This document shows, piece after piece, positions 1-9,571 of a stretch of DNA of 42,437 bases. The DNA comes from Thermoplasmata archaeon (GTDB lineage Archaea > Thermoplasmatota > Thermoplasmata > RBG-16-68-12). Position numbers and translations under genes: made by a program. The notes below the pieces were generated by a model that saw nothing but the letters and a program-made list of their open reading frames with translations, had not been told where the DNA came from and made no database searches. The DNA is taken from the NCBI GenBank assembly GCA_035637195.1, contig DASPXQ010000088.1, positions 1 to 42,437 of the forward strand. Reading direction: 5' to 3'. Position 1 is the stretch's first letter; the number at the start of each line of letters is the position of its first letter.

Positions 1-303
1 CTCGCACACGACGAGGGCGAGGCCGCCGGACGGCTTCATGGGCCCGCCGCACGAACTGCATTTCAGGCTCTGCGGCATCGGGGGCGCCGCCATCGGCTGT
101 ACGGCGACGTTCGGATTGTACGCTTGGCCCATCGGGGCCGCGGCCGGGTATCCCGGGGCCACCGGGGGCACCCCGGGGGCTGCCTGAGCCGGGGCGACGA
201 CGCCTTGCTTCGCGCCGCACACGTTGCAGAATACCGATCCGTCCGCGATGCGTCCGCCGCACTGATTGCAGAACAGGGAGAAACCTCCTAGTTTGGTCGC
301 CAA
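1..303 (-). CDS. Zinc-ribbon (double CxxC) protein, partial; C-terminus lies beyond the left window edge
   Basis: Manual minus-strand translation from TTG at 303: MATKLGGFSLFCNQCGGRIADGSVFCNVCGAKQ..., then a Pro/Ala-rich linker, then KCSSCGG. The frame stays open to nt 1. An in-frame TAA lies just upstream of the TTG. The exact start is uncertain (GGAGG lies inside the first codons). Confidence 0.45.
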   Translation of the reverse strand, partial: MATKLGGFSLFCNQCGGRIADGSVFCNVCGAKQGVVAPAQAAPGVPPVAPGYPAAAPMGQAYNPNVAVQPMAAPPMPQSLKCSSCGGPMKPSGGLALVVCE

Positions 304-631
304 GGCGGCCTCTTCTTACTTAAGAATTCCGGACTCAATGTCATTATTGGGAGCTTGCAACAGGAGATGCGACGTTGCGGCACCGGGAGCCGATTCGCTC
401 CAAACCGATACGGCCATGCCGACGGCCGGAGGAGGTTTCTCGATCGCCGCTCGGCGGACTCGGCATCGTCGCCTTCCGCGTAGGACTGACATCGCTAATT
501 CGCACTGCGGGGCCAGGTGACCGCACCGCTCGGGACGTGCTGGAGGTACTCTCGTCTCGGGACGCTGGGCTCAAGCACATTTCGAGCGAGGTATTATCAA
601 TCCCGAGCGGCTACCTTCGCGAGGAGGGATT

Positions 632-3600
632 GTGACGCTGCGCGCGCTGCGCGTCGTTGCAGGTATCTGCGCCGTCCTGATGGTCATCCTTGTTTTCCAA
701 GCCGTCCAAGCGGACGTCCCGAACACCGGTGCGAACGAATTCAACCATGCGCTGGCCCGCCACGGCGCCGTCGCGGACGCCTCGGGCTGGTTGGGGACGA
801 ATCCGCCGAGCCTTGCCATCGATGGAGCCGCGAGCACCTATTGGAAGAATTCACAGTACACCGGGTCAATCCAAGTTACATTCCCCGCGAAGGCGTACAT
901 CAACGAGGTCCACGCCCACTTCCTCTCGGTAAAGTACCCCTCACTCTCCCTGTACTTCGACACGAACGGGAATGGCCAGTACGAAGCCGTGGAGAAAGTT
1001 TGGTCCACGACCACGAACGGCGTCCTCGATGTCAAGATCACCACGTCGACGTACTACACGCTCGGCATGCGGCTCACGATCGACGCGAAGGTGGGGAAGA
1101 ACCTCGCCCAGATCGCGGAGTTCGAGGCGTACCTTCGGTACGATACCGACGGCGACGGCCTGACGAATCAGCAGGAAACGTCGACGGTCTACTTCCAGGA
1201 CATGAAGCCCGCGGGGTTCCCTCGGTCGATCCCGGACGACGGGTCGAACGCGACCGCGAGCGCGACGTCCCTTGCCGCCTTCGCCGGCGTGCCGGTTAGC
1301 GCCCTCGCGAACTTCACGGTGGACCATCCGATCAAGGCGCAGCTCACGGCGGCGGTCGGTTATTGGAACGGGTCCGCGTGGGTCGACCGGTTCATCTGGG
1401 ATCCCGGTGGCCAGACGGGCGGACAGGAGGGACCGGGGCCGACCCCGCTGAACGCAACAGGCGGCACGTCGGCTCCCTCCGCGGTCCTCGGGCTCCGGAC
1501 TGCAGAGTGGTCCTCCGGCGAGACGGACACGGGAACCGTCGCGACGGTGGTCGTGAACCTCACGGGCGCCAAGGCACTCGCGACTCCCGCGGAGACCGCG
1601 GCGGGCATCATCCGTCCGGAATTCCCGGCGGACTCCTTCCAGACCTACCTCCAGTGGCGGCTCCTTGTCCAAGATCGGGTCCTTGGCACCGCCGGCTCCC
1701 TGATCTCGTTCGTCCTCCGGTTCGAGAGCCACAGCGACGCCGCGAAGGCCGACACGGACGGAGACGGCATCGGCGAGGCGGTCGAACTCAACACGTACGG
1801 GACCTTGCCCGTTGCCGCCGATTCGGATCTCGATGGCCTCCCGGATGGATACGAGGTCGCCCCGCACACCCTCACGATCACGGGCGGCAGCCGCACGACG
1901 ATTTCCTTCGCCGGCACGTGGGGCGGCTCCCAGGGCCTCAGCTTGGGGCCCTCCAAGTCGCTGATCTTGGGAAACGTCAGCGGCGTTCAGGGGGACCTAT
2001 TCGTCCTGGCGTTCGGGGTCGCAAAGGACGCGGGCGTCATGGAGAGCGTCACGGACGACGTCGGGTCCGCGTGGACTCGCGTCGTCAATGTGTCGAACTC
2101 CGGGAATGTTCACCTCGAGATCTGGACCGCCTTCAACGCCGGTCCAACCCGCGCGATCTACGTGAAGCCCAGTGCCGCGAATCTCAAGATTACGATCATC
2201 TTGACGCAGTACGCGGGCGTCGGATCCGTGGGCGCGACGGGCACGGGAACGGGATACGGCGTGACGCCCGCGGCGACCGCGCGCACGACGCAGCCGAACG
2301 CCTGGGTCGTCGGGGAGACCGCGGCGCAGGGGACCCGCTTGCCGGCCGCGGCGAACGGGACCCTGCGGGCGAGCGTGGCCACGAGCGGCTCTGCGGCATC
2401 GAGCAACGTCGGCGGTGCGGCCTCCGACATCCTCGTCATCACCCCGCGGGACCAGCAAGTCAAGTATTCGCTGGGAGGCTCGGAGAACTGGGTCGCCGCA
2501 GCCGTCGAACTCGACCCCGCACCGAGGCCCGACTCCGTGATCGTCCTTCCCGCGTTCACGACGGACCCGACGAAATGGGACACGGATGGGGACGGCCTGA
2601 GCGATGGCCAAGAGCGCGGCAACGTCTCGATGGGTCAGACGAAAGTGGTCGGCGAAGTCGGCGTCGCGCGGAACGTCGGAGACGGTTGGACGACCGTGTA
2701 TCTGAGAAACAAGTACACCACGCCGGTCGTGATCGCGGAGCCCACGACCTCCCGAGATCCCGCGTTCAACCACGCGCGCATTCGAGCCGTGTCGGACCAT
2801 ACGTTCCAGATCAAGGTGGAACGGTGGGCGGGTTCCGGCGCCGCCGAGGATGTTTCGTACCTCGTCTTGGAAGCCGGTGACCACGTCCTGCCCGATGGGA
2901 CCATCGTGGAAGCCGGCACCGCGTCGATCGGGACCACGGTGTCCTCGATCTTCTTCCGGGAGAGATTCTCGTCGCTGCCGTTGATCCTCGTCCAAACGCA
3001 GACGACGAACGATGGGAGCCCGGTGATCGCGAAGCGGACGAGTTTCCTATCGGCCACGGCGTTCGGCGCCTACCTGAACGCGAACGGGACAGCTCACGGA
3101 GCCGAGGCGATCGGATACGTGGCCGTCACGCCGCAGGTCGATCCCAACGTCTTGGCGACGTGGACCCGGGCGGAGCGCACCTTCTCGACCCCGACGGCCG
3201 CCTGGGCGTTCCCGTCCAACTTCACCGCGCCGCCTCTCGTCCTCGCGTGGATGGCGGGCGAACTGTCGGGCGGCGACAAGAACATCGGGCTTCGCCTCAC
3301 GGCCGTGACGAACGCGAGTGCGTCGATTTACCGCGAGCAGGTCGGGAGCGGCGCGATGGACGTGATCGACTTCTTCGCCTTCGCCGGGCCGACGAACCTC
3401 ACCGCGCGGATGACGACAGATCCCTTGCGGGTCGACACCGACCGGGATTCTCTGGCCGACGGCCTCGAGGTGAACACCTACGGTTCGAATCCGACGTCGC
3501 GGGATACCGACCGAGACAGCATTCCCGATAACATCGAAGTCTCGGACCGGACGATCACGATTCCGGTCAACGGTGCAATCGGCACGTTCACCTTCAAGAC

Positions 3601-6600
3601 GTCTCCGACATCCGATGACACGGATGCCGACGGCCTGAAGGATCCCGACGAGCTCGCGGGCGTCTTGGACCACCGCAACTTGTTCCTCGACATGGCGACG
3701 AGGACGGGCTCGGGCGATCTCCAAGACCTGAGCGGCAACGGCGGCGCGGGCAACGTCGCCGGCGCAACGTGCACCGGAACGATCCAAGGCCGCGTTGGCA
3801 GCGCGTGCAGTTTCGGCGGAAGCTCGGCCCGTCTGGTCGTCCCGGACTCGGATGCTTTGGATTTCGACCTATCCTTCACGCTGATGGCCTGGGTCCAGCC
3901 GACGACGACCGCGCAACCCGAAGGAGCCGGCATTCTCGCGAAAGGAGTCTCGGGAGCGGAAGCCTTCGCGATGGACATCTCAGGGGGCGCCTTCCGAGCC
4001 GTGGCGACCGCGAACGGGACGCGGATCACCGCCCCGAGTTCCACCCCGATCGTGGCGAACCGATGGTATCTCGTCGCCGCGGTCTACGACGGGCCGAGCC
4101 GAACCTTCACTCTGTTCGTGAACGGATCCCAAGCGTCCCCGGTGACCGGCGTCCCGACATCGCTCACGCCGAACGCACACGACATGAGCATCGGGAGCAA
4201 GGAGAGCTCCTCCGCCTCGGGCTATGACTTGGGTTTCGTCGGGGTCATCGACGAGGTGCAAACGTGGGACCGGCCGTTGTCCGTTTCGGAAATTTCCGCC
4301 TACTACAACCTCACGAGTTCCGCGTCCCCGATCGTCGCTTGGCTGGACATGGGGATCCGGACCGCGTCCGGAGACCTGGCCGATGCGAGCGGCTTGGGCC
4401 ACTCTGGCGTGGCAACGGGCACGACGATCGTTGAGGGCCGTTCCGGCTTCGCCCGGAAGCTTGCCGGTGGCAGCGACGGAATCGCGCTCGTGGGAACCGA
4501 ACCGGTGAGCTTCGCGAACGGTGCGACGGTGTCGCTCTACGTCCTCGTATCCGCGTACCCGTCGATGGACACCTCGCTCGTCTCGAGGCGGGGCTCCCTC
4601 TACCTCAACTTGACATCGGACGGCCGCGTGATGTGGACGAACGACAAGGGCTCGAGCCTCGTGAGCCCGAGTTCAATCGGCCTGAATCGGTGGGTCCGGA
4701 TTGCCGCCACGGCGAGCTCGAGTACCCTGACGATCTATGTCGATGGCCTCCAAGTAGCGTACGGCCCCGGAGGGGTCCCACCCACCCCGCCGACGCCCTC
4801 GCCGCCGATCGTCCTGGGATACGCGGAAGGATTGTCCCATCTCTCGGGTAGCCTCGACGAAGTTCTGATCCTCAACGCGGTCCCGCAGTCGGCACGGACG
4901 TTCCTCGACCTCGGCGCGCGCGGAATCCAGCTGAATCCGAACGCAACGGACACGGACGGCGATGGCCTCGCAGACGGGCAGGAACTCGTCGTCCAGGCGT
5001 TCAAGACCGCGAAGCGATACCCGCTGCCCGAGGACTCATCTGCGACCGCCCGTCGGCTCGACATGACGGGCTTCCGCTATCCGGCATGGGCGATCCGGGG
5101 AATCGAGCTCATGGTCGGCTTCACGCATCCGAACATGGGCAACGTGTCCGCGACGTTCGGACACCTGACCTCCGACTCCCCGACGGCGCCGCAAGACCAC
5201 CTCTTCGCCTTCCGACCTGCAAGGTCCAATGTGGGCGAGGCGAACAACTTCACCTCGTACGATCTTCTCCAGAGGCCGGTTTCGTCCGGCGACACTTGGT
5301 ACGTCCCGGCCGATTTCACGTCCTTCGCGCCCTTCTGGTTCGTCAAGGGAACAGCGAACCTAAGTGCATACGACCATGGCCAGCTCGAGTACGCCCAAGT
5401 GCAGTTCACGGCCTCGACACTCCCGAACCGCAACGACACAGACCGCGATGGGCTCAACGACTCCGAGGAGGTCAACCCCGGGTCCGACGGGTTCCGGACG
5501 AACCCGTGGGCCGTCGACACGGACGCGGATGGCGTGGGGGACGGCTTGGAATCTGGCGGTTGGTCATTCTCCGGTCCATCGATCGGACCCGACCCTGGCG
5601 GGTTCCGCACGGATCCCACCCGGATTGACACGGACCGGGATGGCATTCCGGATCGAAGGGACCGCATGCCCCTCGGCGACGGGTTCGTCCTGATCAGCAT
5701 CCTTTCCGCCTCGGTCGTAGGCGAGGACCCCCACAACCCCGGGAACGTCACGAAGCCGTTCGTGAAGGCGACGATCTCGGGCAACGACACGTACACCCCG
5801 TACCTCCAGAACGGCACGGGCTCGTGGAACACGACGTGGAACGGCGAGACCCTCGAAGGTCACCGACTCGCGGTGGATGTGCCGGACGACCAGATGTCGA
5901 TTGACTTCACGGTTGCGATGTGGTCGTACGATTCAAGCGGAGCCGACAACCACACGGCCATCGGGATTGCGAGGGAGCATTTCGGAGGCGAATGCTACGA
6001 CGTGAACGAGGTCACGCGGACCTACGAGATCGGCTCCGTGGGCGGGTCGACGAGGTACGAGTTCGCGGGCGGGTGTTCCTCCCTCTACGCGGACCCCCTC
6101 GTCGTCGTGGTCTCGACGATCGCCCCTGCGCGGGTGGGGTCTCGGCTCATCCTGCCCTTGGATTATTCCGGCGTGTACAACGTCACGGATTCCGCGGGCT
6201 CGATCCTCAGCCGCCGATACGTCGGCGAGCCTCGGTTCGTGGCCCTCGTGCTGAACGTCACGTCCACCGGAGACTGGGCCTGCGTCACGCCGGACGGGTG
6301 CGACGACGCGCCGATCGGCCCGAAGGTCCTGTTCATCCCGCGGTCCGTGTTCCACGACACGTTCTTAGGCAAGAAACTCGCCGACGGGAACAAGACGGAC
6401 GTGCCGGATAACCTGTCGTTCTACCAAAACGGCACGGGCTCGAACAACTCCGATGCGTTGCAACAGGTCATCGCGGGGAACGTCACCGCCGACGAGTACT
6501 TCCGGATCCTCGGATGGCTCCTGCGGAACGGGACGGGCAATGCGACGAACCGCGTCGTCAATGAGACAGGCGACCTCTTCCTGTACAGCCTCCCGGACGA

Positions 6601-7696
6601 TGCGATCCGCCTCGTCGGCTACCGGCCCATCCCGGTGGCCAAGTCGGTCAGCTACCGCTTCTGTCCGCCGGGCGGCTGCGTCGAGCCTCCGCCGCCGCCG
6701 TGGTGGGAGCAAATCTGGCGCGGGATCGTGATCGTGGCGACGTTCATCCTCTCCGGAATCCTGTTCGTCGCGAACGCCTTCGTGCAACTCGGGAAGATCC
6801 TCGTCGCGGTCGGATCGTGGATCATCGCGCGTATCGTCGACCTGATCAACCTCGTCGCGAGCGCGCTGCAGGCAGCGGCGAAAGCCCTCGACCAACTTGC
6901 CGACTGGCTTGTGAAATTCGCAGTAGGTCTCTTCAGTACCATCTTCCAACCTATTTTGGACAACCTCAAGGCCGCGCGTCTTCTCCTCGGCCTGGGCTTG
7001 CTCGACGCGATTGAGAGAGCTCTGCTCGGAATCAAAAATGGACTCGATCCAGCGGTCGTTTCTTCGAGCTTCTCCAGAGACCTGGGGGCAGCTGTCTCGA
7101 CCATCCTCTTGATAGCCACCCTAATCGCTGTCGGATTTGCAATCGCGGTGGTCGCGCTTGCGCCATTCAGCTGGGCGATCGCGCTAATAGCGATTGCTGT
7201 GGTCGTCGGGATCGGAATAAGCTTGTTGGGCGCGTCCAGCCAACCTGTGAGCCTTACACCGATGGTCATCGCACCCGGCTTAGGAGCCGACCAAGTGGTT
7301 GGCACTACAATCGGATTCATTGGAATTGAATGGACCCCGGAGCTGAAGCGCGCCTTGGTCAGCGTCATAATCGGTGGTTGGGGGGTTGTTATCGGGACAG
7401 TCGGATTGTCGAAACCCTTGGGTGTAGGCGCGCTCGTTCTTGGGATCGCATCCTTGCTGATTTCGTGGGCCGCTGTTGGCGCAATCGCAAGCTTCCTGTC
7501 ATCCTACCAAGTCGAGTTGGCTACAATACTCTCCGCTGGGACGGCAATTGCCTCCATGGTGCTTGGGATTCCTTCGCTGTTCACCCCGCTGTACCCTCTC
7601 GGCCTCATATCCATCGCGCTTGGCGTCGTCGCAATACTTGTATCGCTGAATATCTTGCTGCCGCTTCGAATCAACTTACCCCAGGCTATTCGGTGA
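632..7696 (+). CDS. Giant (2354 aa) secreted adhesin-like surface protein with discoidin-like, TSP3-repeat and LamG modules and a multi-TM C-terminal module
   Basis: GTG start preceded by GGAGGG. Signal peptide MTLRALRVVAGICAVLMVILVFQAVQA. F5/8-type-C-like segment (AIDGAASTYW). At least 11 thrombospondin type-3-like Ca-binding repeats (DTDGDGL.D..E, DTDRDS..D, DTDADG). Two LamG/ConA-like modules (about nt 3680-4310 and 4330-4880). Numerous N-x-S/T sequons. The last ~330 aa are hydrophobic helices. Confidence 0.9.
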   Translation: MTLRALRVVAGICAVLMVILVFQAVQADVPNTGANEFNHALARHGAVADASGWLGTNPPSLAIDGAASTYWKNSQYTGSIQVTFPAKAYINEVHAHFLSVKYPSLSLYFDTNGNGQYEAVEKVWSTTTNGVLDVKITTSTYYTLGMRLTIDAKVGKNLAQIAEFEAYLRYDTDGDGLTNQQETSTVYFQDMKPAGFPRSIPDDGSNATASATSLAAFAGVPVSALANFTVDHPIKAQLTAAVGYWNGSAWVDRFIWDPGGQTGGQEGPGPTPLNATGGTSAPSAVLGLRTAEWSSGETDTGTVATVVVNLTGAKALATPAETAAGIIRPEFPADSFQTYLQWRLLVQDRVLGTAGSLISFVLRFESHSDAAKADTDGDGIGEAVELNTYGTLPVAADSDLDGLPDGYEVAPHTLTITGGSRTTISFAGTWGGSQGLSLGPSKSLILGNVSGVQGDLFVLAFGVAKDAGVMESVTDDVGSAWTRVVNVSNSGNVHLEIWTAFNAGPTRAIYVKPSAANLKITIILTQYAGVGSVGATGTGTGYGVTPAATARTTQPNAWVVGETAAQGTRLPAAANGTLRASVATSGSAASSNVGGAASDILVITPRDQQVKYSLGGSENWVAAAVELDPAPRPDSVIVLPAFTTDPTKWDTDGDGLSDGQERGNVSMGQTKVVGEVGVARNVGDGWTTVYLRNKYTTPVVIAEPTTSRDPAFNHARIRAVSDHTFQIKVERWAGSGAAEDVSYLVLEAGDHVLPDGTIVEAGTASIGTTVSSIFFRERFSSLPLILVQTQTTNDGSPVIAKRTSFLSATAFGAYLNANGTAHGAEAIGYVAVTPQVDPNVLATWTRAERTFSTPTAAWAFPSNFTAPPLVLAWMAGELSGGDKNIGLRLTAVTNASASIYREQVGSGAMDVIDFFAFAGPTNLTARMTTDPLRVDTDRDSLADGLEVNTYGSNPTSRDTDRDSIPDNIEVSDRTITIPVNGAIGTFTFKTSPTSDDTDADGLKDPDELAGVLDHRNLFLDMATRTGSGDLQDLSGNGGAGNVAGATCTGTIQGRVGSACSFGGSSARLVVPDSDALDFDLSFTLMAWVQPTTTAQPEGAGILAKGVSGAEAFAMDISGGAFRAVATANGTRITAPSSTPIVANRWYLVAAVYDGPSRTFTLFVNGSQASPVTGVPTSLTPNAHDMSIGSKESSSASGYDLGFVGVIDEVQTWDRPLSVSEISAYYNLTSSASPIVAWLDMGIRTASGDLADASGLGHSGVATGTTIVEGRSGFARKLAGGSDGIALVGTEPVSFANGATVSLYVLVSAYPSMDTSLVSRRGSLYLNLTSDGRVMWTNDKGSSLVSPSSIGLNRWVRIAATASSSTLTIYVDGLQVAYGPGGVPPTPPTPSPPIVLGYAEGLSHLSGSLDEVLILNAVPQSARTFLDLGARGIQLNPNATDTDGDGLADGQELVVQAFKTAKRYPLPEDSSATARRLDMTGFRYPAWAIRGIELMVGFTHPNMGNVSATFGHLTSDSPTAPQDHLFAFRPARSNVGEANNFTSYDLLQRPVSSGDTWYVPADFTSFAPFWFVKGTANLSAYDHGQLEYAQVQFTASTLPNRNDTDRDGLNDSEEVNPGSDGFRTNPWAVDTDADGVGDGLESGGWSFSGPSIGPDPGGFRTDPTRIDTDRDGIPDRRDRMPLGDGFVLISILSASVVGEDPHNPGNVTKPFVKATISGNDTYTPYLQNGTGSWNTTWNGETLEGHRLAVDVPDDQMSIDFTVAMWSYDSSGADNHTAIGIAREHFGGECYDVNEVTRTYEIGSVGGSTRYEFAGGCSSLYADPLVVVVSTIAPARVGSRLILPLDYSGVYNVTDSAGSILSRRYVGEPRFVALVLNVTSTGDWACVTPDGCDDAPIGPKVLFIPRSVFHDTFLGKKLADGNKTDVPDNLSFYQNGTGSNNSDALQQVIAGNVTADEYFRILGWLLRNGTGNATNRVVNETGDLFLYSLPDDAIRLVGYRPIPVAKSVSYRFCPPGGCVEPPPPPWWEQIWRGIVIVATFILSGILFVANAFVQLGKILVAVGSWIIARIVDLINLVASALQAAAKALDQLADWLVKFAVGLFSTIFQPILDNLKAARLLLGLGLLDAIERALLGIKNGLDPAVVSSSFSRDLGAAVSTILLIATLIAVGFAIAVVALAPFSWAIALIAIAVVVGIGISLLGASSQPVSLTPMVIAPGLGADQVVGTTIGFIGIEWTPELKRALVSVIIGGWGVVIGTVGLSKPLGVGALVLGIASLLISWAAVGAIASFLSSYQVELATILSAGTAIASMVLGIPSLFTPLYPLGLISIALGVVAILVSLNILLPLRINLPQAIR
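6701..7693 (+). other. C-terminal multi-pass membrane module of the giant protein (about 9-10 predicted TM helices, Gly/Ala/Ile/Val-rich)
   Basis: Begins after PPPPWWEQIW. Runs such as IVIVATFILSGILFVANAF, ILLIATLIAVGFAIAVVALAPF, LIAIAVVVGIGISLLGA, VIIGGWGVVIGTVGL and LGLISIALGVVAILVSLNILL. GC is visibly lower from about nt 6900 (sampled 60-nt lines are about 50%, against about 65-68% upstream). Confidence 0.6.
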
Positions 7697-8184
7697 TGAG
7701 CTTGCTTCCGGCGAATGAACCCCAAGACTCCGCGAGGAGGATGGTTAACGCTGCGAGAGAAAGACTTCGCTGGGTAGACTCCCTAGCCTCCATCGTTGTC
7801 CTTCTTGCAGTCCTCGGTTTCGTGGGTCTCTCCAGCGTTCTGACGACCGAAGGAAGCGCGAGCATCACCAATCTCGTGATTGTCATCATCGCTTTCATAT
7901 GGATCCCTCCCGTAGCCCATGTGGCGCAGTCTCGTGTCACTCCGAAATATGTCTACGTCTCTCGCGATTCCGTGGGCTGGTCGTCTTCTGAAACAGCGGA
8001 CACTAGATTTGTGCACAGACGGGATCTCGTCAATGTCACCAGGCGGACGAAGTCTGAGGCCCACCGCCGAGCGACGGTTTGGATAGAGTTCGACCTTGCT
8101 CCAAAGTCAATCCTCGCTAGGCGACGTTACATCGCTGTATCGGATGAAATCGCGAGTGCGATCGCCCAGTGGTGGCGAGGCTGA
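7696..8184 (+). CDS. Small membrane protein, 2 TM helices plus C-terminal beta-rich (PH-like) domain; paralog 1 of tandem array
   Basis: An internal ATG of track ORF 7330..8184 overlaps the stop of the giant gene (TGATG at 7694-7698), indicating translational coupling. TM helices are SLASIVVLLAVLGFVGLSSVL and ITNLVIVIIAFIWIPPVA, followed by PKYVYVSRDSVGW...RDLVNVT. Confidence 0.7.
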   Translation: MSLLPANEPQDSARRMVNAARERLRWVDSLASIVVLLAVLGFVGLSSVLTTEGSASITNLVIVIIAFIWIPPVAHVAQSRVTPKYVYVSRDSVGWSSSETADTRFVHRRDLVNVTRRTKSEAHRRATVWIEFDLAPKSILARRRYIAVSDEIASAIAQWWRG

Positions 8185-8413
8185 AATCAAGGAACATCCC
8201 GTGGACCATCTGCTTGTACGGCGCTGCTCCGGACGCTGGCGGCTTCTCGGCGGACGACCTCGGCGTCCAGTCGCTGTTGTCGGCATTATCCGTGCGATAC
8301 CCGTCCTATAGCCATTGAATATTGTCGGAGTGATTCTGAATCTGATCCTAGCCGGGCTTGCCTTCGCCGGTTTCGCAGCTGCGGTGGCGCACCTAGTGAG
8401 AGCTAGATGACGA

Positions 8414-9082
8414 ATGGGGCGGACCAACGGAATGCAGAATCAAAGGCCCATCCGCTTGGCAATCAACGGGTCTATGGTCTTTTGGTTCATCGCGATTCTC
8501 ATCGGCCTGTTCGTGATCCCGGCCATCGGCGCACCACTTGCGTTCACTTGGGCCGGTCTCCTCACAATCGCAGTAATCGGCACGTTCATCATACTCCACT
8601 TCCAGCCTCTCTCGATTGAACTCGCCGACGAGACCCTGCGCGTGCGGTGGCTCCGTCGACGCCGGAATGTGCAATCGTCGTCCGTGCGGACCTACGCGTT
8701 CCTCGTCGATCAGAAATACCTGGGAAGGGATTGGCCCGCGAGGTTCTATTCCCTGCACGTGTACCTTCTGAATGGCCGGAGGATCCTCGTGGGGGGGATT
8801 AGAGGGGCCCGTCGCGAAGGTCCTCCTCGAGAGGCTGCCCTCGAGCAAGTCCGAGCTTCGTGTCTACGCTGGCAGGCGTCGGCTCGAACTTCGACCGGTA
8901 GGGCTTGGCTGATCTCCGGATTCCGTATGTGGTCTTCGATTCGAGCGAATCCAACGACCCCGTGCGGTGGGGATCAGAGACCGGCCATAGCCGTGCATCT
9001 TCCTAGCGTCCATCGGTTTCGCAGTAGGCGCGATTGCATGGTACTCCGCAGTCAATATCTTCAGCAACATCTGTTGAGGTGA
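8414..9082 (+). CDS. Small membrane protein, 2 TM helices plus PH-like domain; paralog 2 (the C-terminal ~80 aa looks non-protein-like)
   Basis: TM helices MVFWFIAILIGLFVIPAIGA and FTWAGLLTIAVIGTFIILHF, then QPLSIELADETLRVRW...VRTYAFLV. The tail after about nt 8850 is Arg/Ser-rich and may be read-through. Confidence 0.55.
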   Translation: MGRTNGMQNQRPIRLAINGSMVFWFIAILIGLFVIPAIGAPLAFTWAGLLTIAVIGTFIILHFQPLSIELADETLRVRWLRRRRNVQSSSVRTYAFLVDQKYLGRDWPARFYSLHVYLLNGRRILVGGIRGARREGPPREAALEQVRASCLRWQASARTSTGRAWLISGFRMWSSIRANPTTPCGGDQRPAIAVHLPSVHRFRSRRDCMVLRSQYLQQHLLR

Positions 9083-9169
9083 AGTCACGAATAGGAGCCT
9101 GACGGGAGTCATGGTGCCGCCGGGCAAGATGAACGGCTGTCCAACGCACCGACGGTCGCCTCCTTCGCA

Positions 9170-9571
9170 GTGATTGGAGTCATCTTTGTATTCGCCGCCC
9201 TCCTCTTGCTCTCCGAGGGGCCACTGCGAACGGGGACGTTGGCAGACGCTTCGTACTACCTGGTGCTCTTCCTATTTGTCGCGATGGCGCTTGCCCTCTT
9301 TGTTGCGGCTTTCCAGTTCCCCTACGCTGTGGAAGTCTCTAACGAGGGTTTGGGCCTCAGGTACATTCACCGAAAAGAGATGGTACCGGCTGCCCGAATT
9401 TCGATGATTGAAGCCCGGGGAGGGTTCGTGGGTCGTAGCTGCTGGATCGTGTTTGCAAACGGAGAAGCTAAGCCGATTGGGATAAGGAACCGACGTCTGC
9501 CGGAACGCTGGCGCCGCTTCCATGCGCACGCGGCGACCCACGACGCCAATAAGGACCGATCCCGATACTGA
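9170..9571 (+). CDS. Small membrane protein, 2 TM helices plus PH-like domain; paralog 3
   Basis: GTG start. TM helices IGVIFVFAALLLLS and YYLVLFLFVAMALALFVAAF, then QFPYAVEVSNEGLGLRYIHRKEMVPAARISMIE. Same architecture as the two preceding genes. Confidence 0.65.
   Translation: MIGVIFVFAALLLLSEGPLRTGTLADASYYLVLFLFVAMALALFVAAFQFPYAVEVSNEGLGLRYIHRKEMVPAARISMIEARGGFVGRSCWIVFANGEAKPIGIRNRRLPERWRRFHAHAATHDANKDRSRY

Noticed and set aside
941-2995. Several 300-500-aa ORFs in alternative frames or strands inside the giant gene (941..1867, 1363..2880, 1997..2995)
   Set aside because: All are Arg/Gly/Pro-rich shadows of the 632..7696 frame, which carries recognisable domains throughout.
8864-9127. 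87-aa minus-strand ORF between array genes 2 and 3
   Set aside because: It has no recognisable motif and overlaps the tail of the 8414..9082 ORF. Its composition is not clearly protein-like. Left unresolved rather than called.
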